Part shown: positions 28,817 through 36,400 of the stretch, piece after piece
How positions within the stretch are numbered: the first letter of the stretch is position 1
Layout of the letters: each line of letters opens with the position of its first letter
Virus record (IMG/VR): IMGVR_UViG_3300020601_000007
Location: 1 to 64,000 of that record
Reading direction: 5' to 3' (one strand)
Length of the DNA stretch: 64,000 bases
Origin: a virus
Notes under the pieces: generated by a model
Databases searched by the model: none
What the model was told of the DNA's origin: nothing
Seen by the model: the letters and a program-made list of their open reading frames with translations, nothing else
Program-made: the position numbers and the translations under genes

Positions 28817-28823
28817 GAATGAC

Positions 28824-29663
28824 TCACTGGACGAGAGCGCAGTGCCCCATAGGAGCACGGCGTTCAAACCACTCGTCGAGGAAAGCCTTGAACTTCTCAA
28901 CGGTGCTCACGTCTCGGTCGTGCTTGTCAAAAACACAGCCGGACAGTTGCCCGTTGGGGTCAATGCTCAGTTCCTCATAGCCAGCGTAGCACTGGCTGAG
29001 CCCCAGCATGTGATGTGTGCAGGGCTCGGTGAGTTGGTTTTGGGTTTTTGTCCCAGTGATGTCGAGGTGGTCCAGTTCAAACGCTTCTTGAAAGAGTTCC
29101 TCAAAGCGCTCCATGGAGCCGTAGTTTTGCGCAAGCGGCTTCATCATCAGGTGAGAAATGCTGCTTGAACGCCTGTCGAGTCGCTTGATGAAGGAAGGGT
29201 CCTTCACCCAGTCAAAGACTTCGACAGAATATGTCAGATTGACATTGAAGTGTCCCTTCCAGCCGTTGTCGTCGAGGTAGGCGGCTGCCTTCTCAACGAA
29301 CGTTGTTGCTTGTTCTGGGTTCGCAAACCGCTCCGTATCAACAGACATCGAGATGATGTCGAAGTTGCGGAGCAGCGTTGGGCTCATGCTCAAAATCACT
29401 TGGTGGGTCGTCGTCATGTTGACAACCATACCGAGTTCCTTTGCCACCTCAGCAAGACCAAGGTGTTCGGCCATCCTCGATTGAGGGTTGACCAAGAGCG
29501 CCAGTTCGTTGAATCCAGCGGTCGATGCCGTCTCAAGGATGTCCTCGAAATACGACATGGGCAATTCGGCTTGAAGGAGTTCTTCAAGGCCGGGAATATC
29601 AGTCAGATAGCATCCAGTGCAACTGAGTCTGCAATCCCGGGTGGGGTGTAAGAAAAGTCTCAC
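28824..29663 (-). CDS. radical SAM enzyme with twitch/SPASM-like C-terminus
   Basis: CRLSCTGC (CxxxCxxC); CYAG...SIDPNGQLSGC. Confidence 0.85.
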   Translation of the reverse strand: MRLFLHPTRDCRLSCTGCYLTDIPGLEELLQAELPMSYFEDILETASTAGFNELALLVNPQSRMAEHLGLAEVAKELGMVVNMTTTHQVILSMSPTLLRNFDIISMSVDTERFANPEQATTFVEKAAAYLDDNGWKGHFNVNLTYSVEVFDWVKDPSFIKRLDRRSSSISHLMMKPLAQNYGSMERFEELFQEAFELDHLDITGTKTQNQLTEPCTHHMLGLSQCYAGYEELSIDPNGQLSGCVFDKHDRDVSTVEKFKAFLDEWFERRAPMGHCALVQ

Positions 29664-29786
29664 GATTGACGAATGCCGTCCCGCCGAGCGGGGAGGAGGG
29701 CGCAGGTGGGCGTCACCTCCTGCCCCAAAGGGCGGCGGGTTGGGTTGGCATTGGGCTCACAGCATCTGGTCAATTCATTCAGCGAA

Positions 29787-30224
29787 TCAGAGGTCTCGCC
29801 ACGGATTGAATCCAGTCATCCATTGATACCAGTTGGAGCAGCCTGAGCAGGTTGCTACGCTGGGTTCAAGTTCAGTCCATCTCTTCACGCTTCCCTTGGG
29901 AATCGTCTCGATGAGAATGGTGGGGATGTTCCACTTTTGGAACCTCTTATCGTCGTCTAAACGGAAGTGCCGAAAGATGGTGGAAAGGAATCCCTCGTGT
30001 GGACAGGGACAGACATCCGGGTCGTAGGCCATGGATGAATCCCAACTGAGAACGGTTTCTCGGGTTGGTAAATCCTCGTATTCGCTGGGGTCGCGTCCAA
30101 ATGCGGTGTAGGCGGCCCAGACATAGGCGTCGTAGACGTCGCCGATGTCATCAGGCAGAGATACGCTCTCTTGGGCGGAGGAAACAGCCCGTTCCTCTTG
30201 GGGGTTAGCGTCTTTTTTGTTCAT
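29787..30224 (-). CDS. hypothetical protein
   Basis: ATG at 30224 preceded by CAATCGGTTACA. Confidence 0.6.
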   Translation of the reverse strand: MNKKDANPQEERAVSSAQESVSLPDDIGDVYDAYVWAAYTAFGRDPSEYEDLPTRETVLSWDSSMAYDPDVCPCPHEGFLSTIFRHFRLDDDKRFQKWNIPTILIETIPKGSVKRWTELEPSVATCSGCSNWYQWMTGFNPWRDL

Positions 30225-30238
30225 TGTAACCGATTGTA

Positions 30239-30275
30239 GCGCAAAAGAAAAATCCCACGGCATCTGCCGTGGGTG
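30239..30275 (-). terminator. hairpin plus TTTTTCTTTTGCG terminator-like element
   Basis: CCCACGGCA-GA-TGCCGTGGG followed by a U-tract. Confidence 0.55.
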
Positions 30276-30976
30276 TCTGGCATCGCCTGACTTTTCTTTT
30301 CATTACGGGTGGGACGGGGATGCACACTGAGAATTTTCGTGCACGCTCCGCCCCCTTTCGTGCACGGGGTGCACGCTTTTTGGGGTTTGGGGGGTTCTCT
30401 CAGATTTGGCGTAGTCCTAATTCATAGCCGGTCCCCCCGGACGATTGACGGGTGGGGCGGTTTCAACATTGTCTGCGCATCACAATGCTCAGCCCCTTAC
30501 AGTGCAAGTGCACTGGATAAGTGGGGCACTGCCCCACTTGTTGTCGCCTTTTCATCGGCGCAACGATTGACGGGTTCACATCTGTTTTTCACCGGCCTTC
30601 CTCGTGCATTATCGCCTTCACCCGAAGTGGTCAGGCGCATTTTGTAGCCCGAAAGGGCATCAATGCACGCACAATGGTCTCTGCCCTTGCGGACAGGTAG
30701 TCGGTGTTCTGTTCGCCCCACATGGGGCGCCATCGCATTACTTGCGGCCATGAGGCACAAGGCGTTTCCGCCGAGGCCCACGCTTCTAATTTCTGGCCCT
30801 CTCAGATGTGAGAGTTGAGCGTGTTAATCGTTAAAATCGGCACTTTCACTACCGGGCGAACACTCTATGAGCATCGCTCTGGTTCGCTTTTCGTTCCAGT
30901 GCCTAAAGTCGATTGAACGACTTTGCGGGTGGAGGGGGTCTACCATGTTAGGGCTGTCTCCAGCACATAGGTGACC

Positions 30977-31016
30977 TCCCCCTCCATTGTATATACGCTG
31001 ACAGCAGTGCTATCAG
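30977..31016 (-). promoter_or_regulatory. promoter-like repeat C, copy 3
   Basis: cccctccattgtatatacgctg; operator-like site inverted (gtgctatca). Confidence 0.55.
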
Positions 31017-31024
31017 TCGTGCAT

Positions 31025-31193
31025 AACGATTGGCTACCCGCCGGAGGCTTCTGGCCGACCTCTAAGGCCGTCGTCAGAAGAAGTCTCCTCCTTTGGGTGC
31101 CACATGCTGCGAGCCCCCATAGTGGCAAGGGGGAGCAAAACTTTCAGAGAAAGCCCCCCGCAGCACTACCTGAGCATGGTGCCCAGATAACGG
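31025..31193 (-). ncRNA. structured repeat D, copy 3
   Basis: Conserved core; variable stems replaced by other base-paired stems. Confidence 0.65.
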
Positions 31194-31232
31194 TTGGAGG
31201 GGGTTCGGGAAAACACATACAAAATAACCCTT

Positions 31233-31280
31233 CCCCCTCCATTGTATATACGCTGGAAAGGGTGATAGCACTCAAGAAAA
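31233..31280 (-). promoter_or_regulatory. promoter-like repeat C, copy 4 (head of the left gene array)
   Basis: Same TATA core and GTGATAGCAC site. Confidence 0.6.
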
Positions 31281-31480
31281 GGTGGGGTGGCGCATGAAGA
31301 ACAGTCAAGAGAAACTGGCTCGGGGTGCGCCGCCCCGGAGAGTCCCCGGGCGAACTGCCGTTGGAGAACTCGAAAATAAAGGTTGGGAGTGTGCGGAAAC
31401 CATGGGCCCCAAACCCAGAAAGCCCACCCCGGGCCACACACCCCCGGAGGTGCCGGGGCATGCGATGGAACAAGGACGAC

Positions 31481-31789
31481 CTATTTGTTCTTTGGGGGAT
31501 TGATTTCAACCCATCCTCGACGAATGCGCTCCTCCTCAGGGAGGTTTTCTGTCATCGCCCAGAAGGACGTGGTGACGTTTGAGCCATCCTTTCGCTCCGT
31601 CCTCATACGACGGAATTGTGGTCGGCGGCGCAGCAGATTCGCAAGACCAGCGGTAGTGACGCCGTCCTTGGTGTTGCTGTTCAACCAGTCTCGGATAGCG
31701 TGAAAGGTGAGTTCCTTGACGTTGTCGTTTTCCTCATACACACGGAAACAGCGCTCGATATTCTGAACCACTCGGCTGTATCGAGCCAT
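31481..31789 (-). CDS. winged-helix protein (DUF3860-like)
   Basis: IRDWLNSNTKDGVTTAGLANLLRR; family recalled, not searched. Confidence 0.55.
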   Translation of the reverse strand: MARYSRVVQNIERCFRVYEENDNVKELTFHAIRDWLNSNTKDGVTTAGLANLLRRRPQFRRMRTERKDGSNVTTSFWAMTENLPEEERIRRGWVEINPPKNK

Positions 31790-31790
31790 T

Positions 31791-31913
31791 TCAAGTCCTC
31801 CTTGCCATGTATTCATCAATGAGCCGCTGAATGACTTCCCAGTTGGACTCACGGGCGAGGGCGAGGCCCTTCAAACGCTCAAGGTCATATTTTCGGATTC
31901 GGGTTGTGGTCAT
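31791..31913 (-). CDS. small ribbon-helix-helix/antitoxin-like DNA-binding protein
   Basis: MTTTRIRK..LERLK...ESNWEVIQRLI. Confidence 0.6.
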   Translation of the reverse strand: MTTTRIRKYDLERLKGLALARESNWEVIQRLIDEYMARRT

Positions 31914-32036
31914 AGCGTCGTTCGCTGCCATTGATACGCTGAGAGCGCTGAAGCATATAAGGCAGACTCCTCCTGAGGCATACCAGACCACTTCCTTTAA
32001 GTCCACAGCGGAAGTGGATTGTTTTTGGGAGCAACC

Positions 32037-32489
32037 ATGCAGACCTACACCTATTACCTGACAATTGAAGTTGAAGCGATGAATGATGAATCAGCCGAAA
32101 ACAAACTCGAAGGGCTGTTGAAAGGGCTTGATTTGAAGAAAAACAAGCACCTGACCCTGACGAGCCTCGAATTGGATGACGGCGGCGAGGGCGAAGGAGA
32201 CACCGGAGACGAGGAAGAAGAGGAGTCCTCTCCGACCACCAAAAAAGAGCGCCCCCCTATCCGCCTGCCCAAAGGAAAGGGCTCCGCAAAGTGGGACGAT
32301 GAATTTGAGGATGCTGATTGGGACGAACTCGATGAAGAAAAGAAGGAGAAAGTCAAGGTCAGCGCAGAAGAACTTGCCAGTGACGATGATGACTGGGAGT
32401 GGGAAGACGACGACTGGGATGCTGAGGAAGACGATGATGAAGACGATGATGAAGACGACGACATCAGCGGGCTCCTGAAGGGTCTTTGA
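32037..32489 (+). CDS. highly acidic protein
   Basis: D/E-rich C-terminal half; TTTAA box upstream. Confidence 0.7.
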   Translation: MQTYTYYLTIEVEAMNDESAENKLEGLLKGLDLKKNKHLTLTSLELDDGGEGEGDTGDEEEEESSPTTKKERPPIRLPKGKGSAKWDDEFEDADWDELDEEKKEKVKVSAEELASDDDDWEWEDDDWDAEEDDDEDDDEDDDISGLLKGL

Positions 32490-32725
32490 TGTATTCCGCT
32501 GACGACCCGTGGGGAGAAAACGCTCTTCTCCGGGCGGATGAGCCGCCGCTCAAAGCCCATGCTATTCTGTGCGCAATTTCTGCCTTTGTTTTCGGGATTT
32601 ATTTTCTGCTGAGTGTTTTCGTTGACGGTGCTCAAGTGGGGCAGGTTGGGTGGCTTTTGCTGACCGTGTATTTCGTTTGGCGTAGCATCACGTATTTCCA
32701 AGAACTGAATGCTGATTTGGATTAA
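32486..32725 (+). CDS. two-TM membrane protein
   Basis: Two hydrophobic segments. Confidence 0.6.
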   Translation: MMYSADDPWGENALLRADEPPLKAHAILCAISAFVFGIYFLLSVFVDGAQVGQVGWLLLTVYFVWRSITYFQELNADLD

Positions 32726-32755
32726 CCCTTTATCCGAAGAGGTATTGCGTAATCC

Positions 32756-33010
32756 ATGGAAGACGATTCGTTGTTCCGTGTTAAGGGGCACCCACTCCAG
32801 TGTAAGCACCGCCCGTTGAGCGATGCCGAGGCAGCGCTTTTGCTCAGGGAAGAGGGAATTGAATTGAGTCAAATCCCTCCAATTTTCGCAGACGACCCCG
32901 CTTTGGAGTCAATTCGTGTCCCGGTAGGGACTGTAATCGAGGTGACACGGCCTGAAGTCTTCGGATTTCCCGAGCACAGGTATTATCGTCGCATTGTCAT
33001 TGGATGGTGA
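32756..33010 (+). CDS. rpo5: RNA polymerase subunit Rpo5 (RpoH; Rpb5 C-terminal domain only)
   Basis: H-PLQ-KH...LSQIPPIFADDP...GTVIEVTR...YYRRIV; TTTAT box about 27 nt upstream. Confidence 0.9.
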   Translation: MEDDSLFRVKGHPLQCKHRPLSDAEAALLLREEGIELSQIPPIFADDPALESIRVPVGTVIEVTRPEVFGFPEHRYYRRIVIGW

Positions 33011-33011
33011 T

Positions 33012-33455
33012 GTGAAGTTGGAGATATGGACGGACGGGTCGTGCTACAAGAGCGACAGCACGGATGCGATTGGCGATGCAGGCTCCGGTATCGTCTGCAT
33101 TGATGCTGACAATGACAAAATCCTGTTCCTCTTGGGAGAATACATCGGAGTGGAGTCGAACAACTACGCAGAATACCGAGCAATCGAACTTGGCCTTGAA
33201 GAGGTGAACCGCCGATATGAGGTGGACGAGTCCTTTGAAATTGAAGTCGTTTCCGACTCAAAATTGGCAGTCAATACCCTCTCTGGAAATTGGAAGACCG
33301 ATAAGCCACACTTGAGAGAAATCATGGCCCGCATTCAAGAAATTGAAGCAGACATGGGAGTCATTCTTCAATATTCGTGGGTCAAAGCCCACATCGGGAT
33401 TCACTACAACGAACTGGCCGACTATCTGGCATACAACGCTGCGAGGGGAGATTGA
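33012..33455 (+). CDS. rnhA: ribonuclease HI
   Basis: WTDGS, NNYAEY, SDSKL, WVKAHIG...NELADYLA. Confidence 0.92.
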   Translation: MKLEIWTDGSCYKSDSTDAIGDAGSGIVCIDADNDKILFLLGEYIGVESNNYAEYRAIELGLEEVNRRYEVDESFEIEVVSDSKLAVNTLSGNWKTDKPHLREIMARIQEIEADMGVILQYSWVKAHIGIHYNELADYLAYNAARGD

Positions 33456-36400
33456 TGGTTATCATGGAGCCGGAAGAGGACTCGCTGCGAGTCAGCAAAT
33501 TCTTCTGGTTCCTTCCGTATGCAGAAATCAAGGATACCGTGGAGCGAGGCCGTGGTCAACGGGTTTTTTCTTTCGACCAACGCTTTGTGCCCAGTGACAA
33601 ATTTTCAGCAGCAAAGTGGTTTTACACAGACGAAGCCGCTGGCCTGAGGGCTCAATCTGACCACATGGTCATGGTGTCTGTTCAAAACAAGACCTTCGAG
33701 CCAACTGTCAACACGCCTGTGAAGCCGGATGACTATTTGGACGCTGACATTTTCCACACAGGAGAAGAAACCGAATACCCCGGATACATCATCGAAGCAT
33801 TTGAGGCTGAACTCCGCTTCTTCGTCGTCGACAACTTCTCCATGTTCTCGAAGGTTCATGAGTGGCATTCCCTTGACATGGGCTTCCTGAGCCCTGAAGA
33901 GGTTCTGGCGATGTCCAAGGTCAAAGTCACAGACCCTGAGATTTACAACGAGGATGCCGAGCGCTCACCACGAAGGAACGGTCCAGAGGACATTCGGATG
34001 GGAACCTTCGAGAAGGACACCGCCTGCGGAACCTGCCAAAAAACATGGAAGAACAATTTCCTTCAGTCGTGCCCCGGTCACTTTGGACATATCTCACTGG
34101 AGGTCCCGATTCCCAACTGGATGTTCATTGGCGGTGACAAGGAGCCGCTATCGGCGTCCCCGCTGTTGTATGCCCTCAACAGCACTTGTATGCATTGTAG
34201 TGGTCTCCTGATTGCCAAGAAGGAGAATTTGGAACTGCTGGAGGAAAAGGTCACAGCCGTGCGAGAAAGCAACCTGCTGAACACCGCAGGATACGACATC
34301 ATCCGAAAAACGGTGAAAATGCTCATCAATGTGGAGCACAGTGCGCGCTGGAGCGAGGCTGGGCTCAAAAAGAAGGATGTCCCTAAGAACATCACATGCC
34401 CGCACTGTGAGCAAGTCTCTCCTCAACTCACGTTCCATTTGTCGTATTCTGCTGGGCAACAGTTCGTATTTGCGCCGAAGGAAGGTGCTTATGACCCTGA
34501 GAAAGACGAAATGGTGTATTATCCGTATAAGCAGGTCCACGATTGGCTGCAAGACATCAGCGAAAAAGACGCCTCAATGCTCGGCTTTTCTTCTGGCTCT
34601 CGTCCTGCTGACATGTTTTTCACAAACCTACCTGTTATCCCAGTGGTAGCACGACCACCTGCGTCAACGCCCAGTGGGGGGCTCGTCCCCAATGACCTCA
34701 GCGACCTTTATTCCAACGTGGTCAAAATCAACAACCGAATCAAGCGGGACCGCGCCGCCGCCTCGCAGGTTGAGCGGTTGAGCAAGAAATTGTTTCAGGC
34801 AGTCAGCCAGTTGTTGACAGGACAGAAGTCCTCCATCGGTTCCGGCGGCATGAGGACAGCCTTGACGAAGGCTGGGCTTGCTCCACAGAACCTTCGTGGT
34901 TTGTTCGACCGAATCACAGGGGTTGGCCGCCAGAAAAACACCATGCGGCGCAACCACCAAGGGAAAGTGAACGAGGGCGTTGCGTATTCGGTCATCACGC
35001 CTGACCCCTCGTTGGAAATCAACGAAGTCGGCGTTCCGTATCCAGTCTGTCTTGAATTGACCATCGAAGAGGAAGTGACTGAAAGCAACATCGAGTTCCT
35101 CCGTCAATGCGTGCTCAACGGCAAGCAAACCGCCATCAGGAAGGGCCAGAAATACAAGGACATCGACCCTTCTCGATACCCCGGAGCACATTACCTTCGA
35201 CCCCCATCGAGCAGTGGCTATGACCTCGGTTTCGAGGACGTGCCAGAGCGATACCGAGCCAGCACACGGCGGGTCGTGAGCGCTGAAGTCCAAATCGGGG
35301 CAAAGGTCAAGCGAAACATCATCGCTGGGGACATCATTCTTTTCACACGCGCACCGGCCCTGCACCGTCAAAACATGATTGCGTTCAAAGTGGTTCCGAG
35401 CAAGAGCCGAAGCCTTTCATTCAATCCGTCCGTGTGCATACCGTTCAACGCAGATTACGACGGAGATGCCATGCGTATGTTCGTTCCACAAACCAAGGAA
35501 GCCATTGAAGAGGCACGCACAACCATGATGCCATCACACCAGATGTTGCACACACGATACGGACGGACGTTCCTCACGTTCGACCAAGACGAAATCAGCG
35601 GTTCGTATTTGCTCACATTCAAAAACAAAGAAGCCGAAGGTGGAATCCATCCAGACAAAAGGAATGGCTGGGGCTTTGACGAGGATGGCTATCCCATCCT
35701 TTCTCGGAATCGCGTCCTCAACCTGCTCTCACGGGCGTTCACACGCACAGACGACGGCCTTGATTACATGACTCAGTTGCCCAACCCGATTTCCAAGGGG
35801 CCTTACAAGGGGTGCTATCGTGGACGAGACATTGTCTCAATGTTTATCCCTGATGGAATCAACGCAGAATACAAGGCCAAGGACGGGGAAACGAACGTTG
35901 TGATTGAAGACGGAATCGTCAAAGAGGGCGTTCTGGATGAGAAGTTCTTTGGAACAAAATCAGGAGTCCTCGCTGCTGCATTCGTTTATCGCTTTGGCTG
36001 GGACGAGGGACATCGACAGTTGGAACGGATGACCAACCTTCTGTCTCGGGTTGTTTTCGCAGCGCACATGGAATACGGTTTCTCTCTGGGCATCACTGAT
36101 ATTTCATTCAAGGGACGGCAGGCTGAGTGGATTGGCGACCCCATCCTCGGAGGACCGGTAGGGAGGTTTTACGACGGAATTGACGAGAAGTTCGAGGAGG
36201 TCAACGAACGGGTCTCTGAAGTTGAGCGCTTGTTCCGTTCTCGCCGTTTGAATGAAATCGAGGGTATCACCGAAGCAGACCTCAAAACCGCTCTCAAGGA
36301 CCCTGTTCTGGCAAAAGAGCAGGTCATTGGACGAATCACCAAGGAATACGAGGACTACGCACAGAAAAGTGTTCTGGATGAGCAGCCAAGCACAAACGCC

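Larger units (their letters stand above)
23381..28821 (-). repeat. dispersed ~52-bp repeat A, 6 copies (23381, 26145, 27021, 27583, 28336, 28770), encoding a shared 16-aa N-terminus
   Basis: ggagaggaatccccctctcccgggg is identical in all six copies. Confidence 0.9.

Noticed and set aside
19769-28821. CRISPR array
   Set aside because: Repeats are separated by whole genes of variable length; no cas operon (the Cas4-like nuclease is solitary)
7970-34545. CAWTCGTG hits at 7970, 15551 and 34538
   Set aside because: Internal, out of frame or antisense to a gene; consistent with chance background
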